Positions 30,616-38,811 of a DNA stretch of 64,000 nucleotides are shown here, piece after piece (within the stretch, counting starts at the first letter, position 1; every line of letters begins with the position of its first letter). The position numbers were made by a program, and so were the translations under genes. The notes under the pieces were generated by a model. It saw nothing but the letters and a program-made list of their open reading frames with translations. It was not told the origin of the DNA and searched no databases. Source of the DNA: an uncultured virus (IMG/VR IMGVR_UViG_3300025849_000012) (taxonomy: Duplodnaviria > Heunggongvirae > Uroviricota > Caudoviricetes). The stretch is from the IMG/VR virus record IMGVR_UViG_3300025849_000012, one strand, 5' to 3'.

Positions 30616-30957
30616 ATGGAGAATAACATGGCAGACAAGACAACTATCGATGCAGAAGCAGCGGCAGCTATTGACGTGAACGGAGACGGACATATTTCAG
30701 CCGAAGAAATGGCAATGCATTTAGAATTTAAACGCAAAGCATTAGAGGATAAAGATGCTCAACGAGACGCTATCCGTAAAATGGCTTGGTTTTCGCTTAT
30801 AGGATTATTGGTATATCCATTAGCTATTATATTAACATCGTGGTTATCACTTAATACCGCGGCAGGGTTAGTAGCTGATATAGCACCGACATACTTTGCA
30901 TCAATTGCGGTATTGGTTTCAGCATTCTTTGCTGCTGATGCAGTAGGCAAAAAATAA
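30616..30957 (+). CDS. EF-hand-containing two-TM membrane protein (holin-like)
   Basis: DVNGDGHISAEE loop, two hydrophobic helices, KK tail. Confidence 0.6.
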   Translation: MENNMADKTTIDAEAAAAIDVNGDGHISAEEMAMHLEFKRKALEDKDAQRDAIRKMAWFSLIGLLVYPLAIILTSWLSLNTAAGLVADIAPTYFASIAVLVSAFFAADAVGKK

Positions 30958-30960
30958 AAC

Positions 30961-30995
30961 AAAAATAGGGAGGCTAATTTAATAACCTCCCTATT
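30961..30995 (-). terminator. Intrinsic terminator
   Basis: AATAGGGAGGTTA..TAGCCTCCCTATT hairpin followed by T run. Confidence 0.75.
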
Positions 30996-31059
30996 ACTCG
31001 GGTCTTCTATGCGATCTTTAGGCTGTGTGTTACACCTCTCCTAGGCTGATCCTGCCAAT

Positions 31060-31136
31060 TGGTCAGGGTAGCTGGACTTGAACCAACGACCTTCGCATTC
31101 CAAGTGCGACACTCTACCATACTGAGCTACACCCTG
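31060..31136 (-). tRNA. tRNA-Pro(UGG)
   Basis: Cloverleaf, anticodon loop CTTGGAA, encoded CCA. Confidence 0.93.
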
Positions 31137-31139
31137 TTT

Positions 31140-31540
31140 TTCCCGTATGAATGAGGAGATGCAGTTGCACCTCCCCATATTGTTGTTCGGTTCCTGCTAC
31201 CACCCATCGTCACCGTTCCCAACCGTTGGGCCTAGCAGCTCTCCTAGACCATTTGCCTCTATAAAACTATATTAATCTGCGCCTTGATTCTTTGACGATA
31301 TTGTCTGGCAAAGTTTAGGTCCGGTTCCCTCATTTGCAAGACGCAGGTTAATATAGTTTTCGTGGGAGAGACTTTCTGCAGTGCCTCTCCCCTTAGCTAC
31401 TTTCTCGTCTGTAGCAAACGCCTGGGTTTCCTTCGGTACCAGATATTCATACCCACCTCACAAAACCTTGTACATTGGCAGTCAGGCTTTTCAAAAACCA
31501 GTATTAGTCTTTACTCTCTAATACCCGCTTTCGAATTTCT
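31140..31540 (-). ncRNA. Candidate structured ncRNA upstream of tRNA-Pro
   Basis: GC-richer non-coding stretch with a string of hairpins, including a 24-bp stem, behind the promoter at 31551-31579. Confidence 0.5.
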
Positions 31541-31550
31541 TTATATTACT

Positions 31551-31579
31551 AATATAACCGATTCGACATAGAATGTCAA
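31551..31579 (-). promoter_or_regulatory. Early sigma70-type promoter with GANTC in the spacer
   Basis: TTGACA-17-TATATT, GAATC at 31560-31564. Confidence 0.85.
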
Positions 31580-31582
31580 TAG

Positions 31583-31822
31583 TTAATTTTCATATATTGA
31601 AGTTTTTATAAATTCTATGTCTGTATTAACTCCTAAAACTTGAGAAGCTAATTCGTCAAGGTAATCAAATTTTTCAGATTGAAATAAGTAAAGAGGATTT
31701 CCACCAGCAGGACCATTAGCTTGTAATAGAGTTGCTGAACATCCGTGATCTTTTGCGAATTGCTGAACCTCTTCGTTAGTTGGTTCGTGAGATATGTCAA
31801 GCTCGATATTGTAAGTTGTCAT
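31583..31822 (-). CDS. Small early hypothetical protein
   Basis: Own promoter and AAGGA RBS; GPAGGNP motif. Confidence 0.7.
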   Translation of the reverse strand: MTTYNIELDISHEPTNEEVQQFAKDHGCSATLLQANGPAGGNPLYLFQSEKFDYLDELASQVLGVNTDIEFIKTSIYEN

Positions 31823-31849
31823 AGTATTTTCCTTTGTTTATTTAATTCT

Positions 31850-31878
31850 AATATAACTGATTCTAAAGAGAATGTCAA
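31850..31878 (-). promoter_or_regulatory. Early promoter cassette
   Basis: TTGACA-17-TATATT, GAATC at 31859-31863. Confidence 0.85.
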
Positions 31879-31886
31879 TAGTTAAA

Positions 31887-32258
31887 TTAAGCTGCTAATT
31901 TTGGAAAATATGCAAAAGCAACAAAACCTGTTGGAGCAACAACAACCATTGTACCTTCGTCGTCAACAATTATATCACCTATTGATACAGATGCCATACG
32001 TGAAAATCTTTCGATGTTTGACTCTGGACCAATGTTACCAATTTCAAAAACTTGGTTAAAGTCTTCAGCAGTAATAGTTGAAACATGTGTGTAATATTCT
32101 TCAGCAAAAGCATCACCGGCTAAGTTACCGAGGTTAGTTCCTCTTAAATCCATTGACATTTTCATCTTTGCTGAATATGCAGGTACTGTTTTACCAGCAT
32201 TAACCGCATCAACGATTTCGTTTGTCATTTGGATTTGATATAGTTTAAACTTTTTCAT
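31887..32258 (-). CDS. Early hypothetical protein (YodL-like S.S.GD motif)
   Basis: VFEIGN, SVSIGDII, GF. Confidence 0.6.
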   Translation of the reverse strand: MKKFKLYQIQMTNEIVDAVNAGKTVPAYSAKMKMSMDLRGTNLGNLAGDAFAEEYYTHVSTITAEDFNQVFEIGNIGPESNIERFSRMASVSIGDIIVDDEGTMVVVAPTGFVAFAYFPKLAA

Positions 32259-32284
32259 AACATATTTCCTTATTTGTTGATTCT

Positions 32285-32313
32285 ATATTAACCGATTCTA
32301 CAACAAATGTCAA
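32285..32313 (-). promoter_or_regulatory. Early promoter cassette
   Basis: TTGACA-17-TAATAT, GAATC at 32294-32298 and 32279-32283. Confidence 0.85.
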
Positions 32314-32332
32314 TAGCTAATTTAAGTTTATT

Positions 32333-32650
32333 TTAATTATTTTCGTCTTCGCCGAGTTGATTTTTACCAGATACACCAGTTACAACCATTTCACCATCTT
32401 CGTTTTCGCCATATGTAGGATATTCGTGTACAACATCTGCTTCAGGTATAAGTGAATCTATTTTGATTGAAAAACCGTCAGCACCACGATCAGTTATATA
32501 AACATGACCTTCATCGCCGTCCGTATCACGAGCATCATATACGCCTTCGCTTGATGCGTTTGTATGTACATAAACTGCTGACACCAAAACAGTGCCAGTG
32601 TTTAAGTCATCAACCATTGTTTGCAATTCTGCTAACGTAAAGTTATCCAT
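32333..32650 (-). CDS. Acidic hypothetical protein
   Basis: ORF overlapping the nuclease stop codon. Confidence 0.6.
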   Translation of the reverse strand: MDNFTLAELQTMVDDLNTGTVLVSAVYVHTNASSEGVYDARDTDGDEGHVYITDRGADGFSIKIDSLIPEADVVHEYPTYGENEDGEMVVTGVSGKNQLGEDENN

Positions 32651-33125
32651 TCTTTTTCGCCTTCTTTTCCATAATTTTAACTGCTTTGTCGTATGCTTCT
32701 TTTGATACCACACCTTCTTTTAATAAACGCTGTCTATTAACTTCATGTCCTGCTTGTGTATCTTCTTTAGATCCACCCATATATGGAACACAGTGTCCAG
32801 TTTCTGCCATGATATCGGTAATCATTCTACCATCTTCAGCAATAAAATCGCCAAGGATACGTCCAAATTTACCTTTCATATCCTCACCATTACGCGCAAT
32901 TTGTGTTTTAAGAATACATTGTTTACCTAATAATTTCTTTAACTGTTCTTTGGCTGCTAGACCAAAAACCTTTTCGACTTTATCTGATGTTCTCGATTCT
33001 GGTGTATCAATACCCATAATTCGCACACGCTCATCAGCCAATACCACACCAAAGCCTAATTCAATATCACAGTCTACGGTATCGCCATCAACCACTCTGT
33101 TAATAATTGCTCTATATTCATACAT
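32643..33125 (-). CDS. Thermonuclease (SNase-like)
   Basis: RVVDGDTV, RIMGIDTPE, GKFGRIL. Confidence 0.9.
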   Translation of the reverse strand: MYEYRAIINRVVDGDTVDCDIELGFGVVLADERVRIMGIDTPESRTSDKVEKVFGLAAKEQLKKLLGKQCILKTQIARNGEDMKGKFGRILGDFIAEDGRMITDIMAETGHCVPYMGGSKEDTQAGHEVNRQRLLKEGVVSKEAYDKAVKIMEKKAKKNG

Positions 33126-33167
33126 AATTGTTACACTCCTAAGGTAAATTCTTTTTAGATACACAAA

Positions 33168-33179
33168 TATTTATAAATA
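33168..33179. promoter_or_regulatory. Overlapping divergent T4-type late promoters
   Basis: TATTTATAAATA palindrome gives TATAAATA on both strands. Confidence 0.75.
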
Positions 33180-33245
33180 AGAGGAATAGCAAAAATTTGG
33201 ATGCGCGATTAGTTTAATCGCATGTATTAACTTGGAGAAAGTATT

Positions 33246-33830
33246 ATGTTTGTTAACAAGGCGTTATGGTTATACGCGATAGGTTTATTCGCAATTTTTA
33301 TTACTATGGGAACTATTGCATCTGCAGAAGACGTAGAATGTCCAACAGGGTACGTATGTACGAGATCAGATACTGATAGTAATATCAATTCTACTGGTAC
33401 GATGGAAACTACAATTAACCAACCACCTCCTACAGCAATCTCCCCACAATTTTCAGCAGGCAATAATACAGACTTATGTACTATCGGCGTATCGGCTGCG
33501 GTTCAAACGCAGATCCTAGGTATTTCTGGTGGTGGTACATTCACTGAAGAAAATTGTCAGAGATTAAAGAATGCAAAAACATTATATGATATGGGAATGA
33601 AGGTGGCAGCGGTATCCGTGATGTGTCAGGATACTGGTGTTTTTGACGCAATGATGCAAGCTGGAACACCCTGCCCGTACGATGGACAAATTGGTGAGGC
33701 AGCCAAACTTGGTTGGGAAACTCACGTAGAAGAAACTAAAAAAGAACTTAAATTAATGGGACCTATAGATGCAGAAAAAGTTGCTCCTGCTGTTGGCGCT
33801 GGTATTCTGGCCTTCTTACTCTTCCTCTGA
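33246..33830 (+). CDS. Secreted Cys-rich protein with C-terminal membrane anchor
   Basis: Signal peptide, 6 Cys, hydrophobic C-terminus. Confidence 0.7.
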   Translation: MFVNKALWLYAIGLFAIFITMGTIASAEDVECPTGYVCTRSDTDSNINSTGTMETTINQPPPTAISPQFSAGNNTDLCTIGVSAAVQTQILGISGGGTFTEENCQRLKNAKTLYDMGMKVAAVSVMCQDTGVFDAMMQAGTPCPYDGQIGEAAKLGWETHVEETKKELKLMGPIDAEKVAPAVGAGILAFLLFL

Positions 33831-34686
33831 GGAGACTAAGAGCATTGCGCCATATTATGGTTATACTGGAAATGCAGTAGCAGACCAAGCTTTACAATGG
33901 TCTATGCCTGACCTTTTACCACAAGGGGTTCCTGGGATTGATATACAAAACGTAATATACCGCTATACGATACAAAAAGAAACTGGCGAATGGGTAACCG
34001 TTTATGTTCAGAATGAAAGAATAGATGGAAATGGATATATATTTAGAGAAAGAGATGATTGGAAGCCGGGTTCTATATCCGGTATGGAAATTAGTAAAGC
34101 TGTTCCTGTAGGTAATATACCAAGAGAACTATGGGGAATGGGAAGTATTGAAGTAGTTGGAGAAGGTAAGGTTGAAGGCGCAAGTGTTGTTTATACATAT
34201 AAAGTTACACCGTGTTATGATCCGCAATATGATCCAAACTGCCCAGGATATAAAAAGCCAGTTCCTGAAATAATAGAATATGATTTAGACGATATATACG
34301 ACGTGACAAAAGATGGAGATGTTGAACTCAACGATCAAGCAGAGGTCCAAGAAGACGCTGATGATTTAGAGGATGCTGATAGTAGAAAAGAAGCTGAGAT
34401 GAAAGAGGATAAGAGATCAAAAATGAGATTGGAAGATGCAATGGCTGCGGGAGAAACCGCAACTTACTTTGCTGAAAATCAACGAATTAGTATAATGAAT
34501 GACATTGCGCAAGCTGCATTGAATAGATCTTATCTTAACGTAACTATACCGGGTGGTACATATAACGAAGTTATTAATATACCCGATGGTAAAATGCCTG
34601 ATGCAAATAGCGGCGCACGGGTTGGTCTCGCACAGCAATTATTACACCAACAAATGGTTGGTATGCAATATAATATAAACAATTAA
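33769..34686 (+). CDS. Secreted protein
   Basis: Signal peptide, beta-rich N-domain, PCYDPQYDPNCPGY, acidic linker. Confidence 0.7.
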   Translation: MQKKLLLLLALVFWPSYSSSEETKSIAPYYGYTGNAVADQALQWSMPDLLPQGVPGIDIQNVIYRYTIQKETGEWVTVYVQNERIDGNGYIFRERDDWKPGSISGMEISKAVPVGNIPRELWGMGSIEVVGEGKVEGASVVYTYKVTPCYDPQYDPNCPGYKKPVPEIIEYDLDDIYDVTKDGDVELNDQAEVQEDADDLEDADSRKEAEMKEDKRSKMRLEDAMAAGETATYFAENQRISIMNDIAQAALNRSYLNVTIPGGTYNEVINIPDGKMPDANSGARVGLAQQLLHQQMVGMQYNINN

Positions 34687-34700
34687 TTAGGAGACAAAAA

Positions 34701-35216
34701 ATGTTAAGTAAAAAGATTTTTGGATTAGGTGCGATAGCAGCTATGACAATTTCCTCAACAATGGTCTTAGCTAACGACACACCTATTAACGGAACAGTAC
34801 AATCACGTTGTGTTATTCAAACAGATACCGCAGGTACATATGGTAACCCTAATGCGTATACTCTTACTACAACACCATCAGACGGTGGTGAATTAGCAGT
34901 AATTCGTTTTGATGTTTCATTGGCTGACGCGTACTATGCCCAAATCACTGCGCCAAGCAGTTTTTCATCATCACCAAGTTTACCTGATGTTGTAACATGG
35001 ACTGGTGATACAGTTGTGCAAACAGTGTCAGACTCTACAGGTATGAGTGCTTATGAAACTAACAAGGTTGAAATTGGAATGATGGATCGCTACGATCTAA
35101 CAGCGACAGGATCAACTTGGTTTAAGACTTCATCATCAGCAGTTATGGGTGGTAACAAAGCCTTCGCTGGTGGTAATTATACGGCTATCGTTGTAGCGGA
35201 GTGTATCGCTCAATGA
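34701..35216 (+). CDS. Fimbrial/pilin-like secreted protein
   Basis: Signal peptide; mature N-terminus INGTVQSRC; C-terminal GNYTAIVVAEC. Confidence 0.55.
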   Translation: MLSKKIFGLGAIAAMTISSTMVLANDTPINGTVQSRCVIQTDTAGTYGNPNAYTLTTTPSDGGELAVIRFDVSLADAYYAQITAPSSFSSSPSLPDVVTWTGDTVVQTVSDSTGMSAYETNKVEIGMMDRYDLTATGSTWFKTSSSAVMGGNKAFAGGNYTAIVVAECIAQ

Positions 35217-35301
35217 AATGGTGGGAGCAGTAGTTCAAGTTCATCTGGTGCAACTTGTAGAATGTGGCCTGGGTGTCCATAACTGGAGCTCTTAAATAAA
35301 G

Positions 35302-35712
35302 GTGGAAAAGATTATGAAAAAAAGATTGATATTCGTTATAAGTATAGTTTTGATTACAATATCCTCTGCAGCCAGTTCTCACGAAATGGTTCCAACTTAT
35401 CCTAAGATTAGTGGTTCCTATATAGACGGGCTGCAGAAGACTACCATGACTATGTTTAATAAAAGAGCAGATGTTGAATATTATGAAATAGGCGTATTCA
35501 CTGAAGATTGGAAACCTATTCCATTTGTTTCGCAATATAAAGTTTGGAAAATACCTTATTTGAGTACTGTTTCATTTGATATTTTTGTAAGAGACCAAGA
35601 TGCAAGTATAGTAACATATATTTGTTCTCAGTCTAAATTGAAAAAAGACAATACAAAACGTACCGCGGTAAGTTCACGCATTTGTTCTAGAGTGAAAAAG
35701 GTTGGTGAATAA
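35302..35712 (+). CDS. Secreted pilus-chaperone-like Ig-fold protein
   Basis: Signal peptide, HEMVPTYP, M.MFN...YYEI.V, YICS..RICS. Confidence 0.45.
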   Translation: MEKIMKKRLIFVISIVLITISSAASSHEMVPTYPKISGSYIDGLQKTTMTMFNKRADVEYYEIGVFTEDWKPIPFVSQYKVWKIPYLSTVSFDIFVRDQDASIVTYICSQSKLKKDNTKRTAVSSRICSRVKKVGE

Positions 35713-36125
35713 TGAAACGTATTATAACATGTATACTATTGATGCCATGTATGGCGAGTGCTGATAGTAGTTCTATAGGATTATCACTTCCAGGAATGGG
35801 TGCTACATATGGACAAGATAGTATTAGTACTGGTGATTTAGATTGTAAAAACTCTATTGGTGGTGCAACGAATTTTGAGTTTGGCCTTACTGGAGTTATT
35901 GATAATTATTCAAGCCCCTTTAGTGGCAGCGGAACTGATACAAAAGATGTTGGTGTATATGCACGAATTACTATACCACTTGATAAACCAAAAGAAAGAA
36001 TTAATTGCAATTCATTATATCAATTAGAATTGCGTAAAAAGAGATTAGAAGTTTTAAAACTACAACAAGAATTAGAACAACTAAGAAAATTAAACGAGTC
36101 CGGTAATTCTGGATTTGAAAACTAA
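35712..36125 (+). CDS. Secreted protein with beta hairpin and coiled coil
   Basis: Signal peptide, 2 Cys in the mature part, GVYARITIPL, C-terminal coiled coil. Confidence 0.6.
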   Translation: MKRIITCILLMPCMASADSSSIGLSLPGMGATYGQDSISTGDLDCKNSIGGATNFEFGLTGVIDNYSSPFSGSGTDTKDVGVYARITIPLDKPKERINCNSLYQLELRKKRLEVLKLQQELEQLRKLNESGNSGFEN

Positions 36126-36135
36126 GGAGAGCAAC

Positions 36136-36810
36136 ATGGCCGACAAAGACTTAGGCGAAGGCATTGAGAATTTTGAAGCTGAGGTAGAGAATTTAAAAAA
36201 TACCAAGATGAAATTCTTAGGTATTACTATGACTCCCACAACGATCGGTATGTTGTTCGCGTTAATCAGTTCTATTTTAGGCGGACTATATGGTGCTTTC
36301 CAAGTGTACGATGATTACATGGGCATGAAAGAAATCGTGCGAAATATTGATGTTGATATTATTGAAACCAGAAATAGAGAAATTGAGGCATCATTAGAAA
36401 ACGTTAATAAAGAAATTACTATTCAGTTAACTGCAATTCAAAAACAAATTGATGATGCTGAAAAACGAAATAGAGAAGGCAAAGTTGATACTCGAGACCA
36501 AATGAATAATTTGGACGCGCAAGTTAGAAGAGTTGAAAAATTAGTACGAGATTTAGAAGCAGACGTAAGACAAATAATTCAAAATGCTGAAGAACGTTTT
36601 GATAATAAACGTGATGCATTACAAAACCAATACGACAATAAAGCAAACAACCTTAGAGATTCCAACGACAGTCGTATGACTGATTTGGAAGGTAAGGTTG
36701 AACGTGATAACGAAGCTTTGAGATCATCAATCAAAAGAGAAATGACTGAACTCGAAACAACATTAATGAATAAATTACAGAGAGCATTAGACAACCCGTT
36801 AGCAAACTAG
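36136..36810 (+). CDS. Membrane-anchored long coiled-coil protein
   Basis: One TM helix then heptad-rich region, ends LDNPLAN; AAGGAG RBS. Confidence 0.7.
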   Translation: MADKDLGEGIENFEAEVENLKNTKMKFLGITMTPTTIGMLFALISSILGGLYGAFQVYDDYMGMKEIVRNIDVDIIETRNREIEASLENVNKEITIQLTAIQKQIDDAEKRNREGKVDTRDQMNNLDAQVRRVEKLVRDLEADVRQIIQNAEERFDNKRDALQNQYDNKANNLRDSNDSRMTDLEGKVERDNEALRSSIKREMTELETTLMNKLQRALDNPLAN

Positions 36811-36819
36811 GAGAAAAAT

Positions 36820-36972
36820 ATGCAAGGACCATCAAGAACATGTCAAACGTGCGGACATAAATGTCATTGTTATAGACCAGATTGCGATGAATGCCACAAC
36901 GATGTTTGTACTCAGTGTAAATGTAAAGAAACAGAAACAGACGCACGATCATGGAATGGATACTTAAAATGA
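36820..36972 (+). CDS. Metallothionein-like Cys/His-rich small protein (50 aa)
   Basis: Manual translation MQGPSRTCQTCGHKCHCYRPDCDECHNDVCTQCKCKETE...; GGAG RBS; below the ORF track cutoff. Confidence 0.7.
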   Translation: MQGPSRTCQTCGHKCHCYRPDCDECHNDVCTQCKCKETETDARSWNGYLK

Positions 36973-37136
36973 AATGGTTTTTATTAGTATTAGGATTAGT
37001 AATGGGTGGCATCGCATGTCACATATACCAAGAAACTGTAATGAAGAGTAAAAATTACTGGGAAAACGTTGGACCTACTATGGATAATATGTTAAACCCA
37101 GATAAATACAATAACGATAAGGCAGATAATGTTTAG
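36969..37136 (+). CDS. Small membrane protein
   Basis: ATGA overlap, N-terminal TM helix. Confidence 0.55.
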   Translation: MKWFLLVLGLVMGGIACHIYQETVMKSKNYWENVGPTMDNMLNPDKYNNDKADNV

Positions 37137-37332
37137 CAAAAGATGTAAAGCTCACCTGGAAGATGTTGGTGAAACTGGATTAGAACATGCAAAAGGCGCA
37201 GTGAAAGCTGCCATTAAATTACAGGGATTAGTTCCTATATTATTAATACATGCTATTGCACCTCGTCTGTTTATAAACACCGCAACTAATACAATGCGAG
37301 ACATTTTAAAGGATAGACACAATGGAGAATAA
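37129..37332 (+). CDS. DUF6356-like small protein
   Basis: HL.DVGET..EH...HAI.P.LF..TA pattern. Confidence 0.55.
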   Translation: MFSKRCKAHLEDVGETGLEHAKGAVKAAIKLQGLVPILLIHAIAPRLFINTATNTMRDILKDRHNGE

Positions 37333-38053
37333 ATGCTCATTAATGGCCAAGTGTGCTCAGATAGCATACATGGATGGAAAAGAAGCCAAGGCTGCATATA
37401 AAAAAGTTGGTTATACTTCACATAAATTTATTGAAAACGATGGAGCTCAAGTTCATATCGTTGCAAACAAAAGTGAAGTAGTATTATGTTTTCGTGGTAC
37501 TGAACCTGCTGAGTTTTCTGATATTAAAGCAGACTTAAATGCTTTACCAGATAAAGCAGCCAATGGACATGGACTTGTTCATAATGGTTTCCAAACAGAA
37601 ATCGAAAAGATTTGGGATCAAATTAGAACTGCCATGGCAAAAATGAAATTAGAAGGAAAGATGTTTTATATAACTGGGCATTCACTCGGTGGAGCAATGG
37701 CTACTATTGCAGCTAGCCGATTACCAGAAAGATGCGATGCGTTATATACATATGGATCTCCAAGAGCAGGAACTCGTAAATTTGTTAAAAGCTTTAACCA
37801 TATTCCTCATTACCGCCATGTTAATAATAATGATATTGTACCAAAGGTCCCGTTTGCATTCCTCGGATATAGACATACAACATCTCCACGTTATATCAAT
37901 TACTACGGAAATATTAGAAAAGCTTCCAAATGGCAAAGAGTTAAGGATCAATGGAGAGGCAGATGGCGCGCATTGAAAAAAGGAATGCCTTTTGATGGTG
38001 CATACGATCATGGTATGAATCATTATTGTAAATACACGGAGGATAATGAATAA
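37322..38053 (+). CDS. Lipase, class 3
   Basis: FRGTE, VHNGF, GHSLGGA, TYGSPR, DIVP, DH. Confidence 0.9.
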   Translation: MENKCSLMAKCAQIAYMDGKEAKAAYKKVGYTSHKFIENDGAQVHIVANKSEVVLCFRGTEPAEFSDIKADLNALPDKAANGHGLVHNGFQTEIEKIWDQIRTAMAKMKLEGKMFYITGHSLGGAMATIAASRLPERCDALYTYGSPRAGTRKFVKSFNHIPHYRHVNNNDIVPKVPFAFLGYRHTTSPRYINYYGNIRKASKWQRVKDQWRGRWRALKKGMPFDGAYDHGMNHYCKYTEDNE

Positions 38054-38370
38054 TGTGGGAAATGTTATCTAATATGGCAGGAGATCGTTTATGGATTTAT
38101 ACTGCGATAGGCGGGTCCATTATTGGTCTCGCGTTTTCGACATGGTTCAGCACCACGCGAATGGCTTTATGGTTATACGCTCGATTCGATAGAGGAATGG
38201 ATTTCTTGGTTGAACGCTGGGGTTGGACATGGTTGGAGCAGCCAGAAAATGCTTGGCGTAAGAAGTATCCAAAAATCACTCAAAAGATTGACGATATGGA
38301 AATGCGTTTAAAAAACTTAGAAACCAAATCTAATACGAAAATTATTAGACAGAAGGGAACGAAAAAATGA
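38053..38370 (+). CDS. Membrane protein
   Basis: One TM helix, Trp-rich. Confidence 0.6.
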   Translation: MWEMLSNMAGDRLWIYTAIGGSIIGLAFSTWFSTTRMALWLYARFDRGMDFLVERWGWTWLEQPENAWRKKYPKITQKIDDMEMRLKNLETKSNTKIIRQKGTKK

Positions 38371-38525
38371 ATTGGATTAAAAACAGACTTAAAGAAAGAA
38401 CAACATGGGACGGCGGAGCATTAATAGCTCTTGGTCTTATGATTTTATTCATGGCACCATTAGCTAAAATTGCTGCAGGCGTAGCAATCGCATGGGGTGC
38501 TTGGACTATTTGGAAATCCGAATAA
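38367..38525 (+). CDS. Small two-TM holin-like protein (52 aa)
   Basis: Manual translation MNWIKNRLKERTTWDGGALIALGLMILFMAPLAKIAAGVAIAWGAWTIWKSE. Confidence 0.6.
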   Translation: MNWIKNRLKERTTWDGGALIALGLMILFMAPLAKIAAGVAIAWGAWTIWKSE

Positions 38526-38526
38526 T

Positions 38527-38811
38527 ATGATAATTCAAGTCACAGATAGAGCCAAAAGTTATTTAAAAACTGTAGGCAAGCCAAACGTATCACTTAATGT
38601 AAAAGGCGGTGGTTGTTCTGGTTTTCAATATGAGTGGGGTGTTACCGATAAGGTACCTACTGTTGAAAATCTGTGGCTTGATCCTATGGCCGAGATGTTT
38701 GTCTTTGGCTGTACTATTGATTACATTGAAGAACTTGGCGGATCATATTTAAAAGTAGTAAATCCAAACGCAACTGCATCATGCGGTTGTGGCGAGAGCT
38801 TTGCTGTCTAG
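38527..38811 (+). CDS. iscA: HesB/IscA-family Fe-S cluster assembly protein
   Basis: GGGCSGFQY, NPNA..SCGCGESF. Confidence 0.9.
   Translation: MIIQVTDRAKSYLKTVGKPNVSLNVKGGGCSGFQYEWGVTDKVPTVENLWLDPMAEMFVFGCTIDYIEELGGSYLKVVNPNATASCGCGESFAV

Noticed and set aside
31140..31540. Possible RNase P, SRP or 6S RNA identity
   Set aside because: Could not find the RNase P P4 signature (GAGGAAAGUCC) or the SRP domain IV motif; left as an unassigned ncRNA
31362..31571. 69 aa plus-strand ORF in the structured region
   Set aside because: GTG start without an RBS, opposite to the promoter direction, overlaps hairpins
32686..33147. 153 aa plus-strand ORF and other short nested or antisense ORFs in the track
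   Set aside because: They overlap well-supported genes on the opposite strand or in another frame and show no independent coding signals
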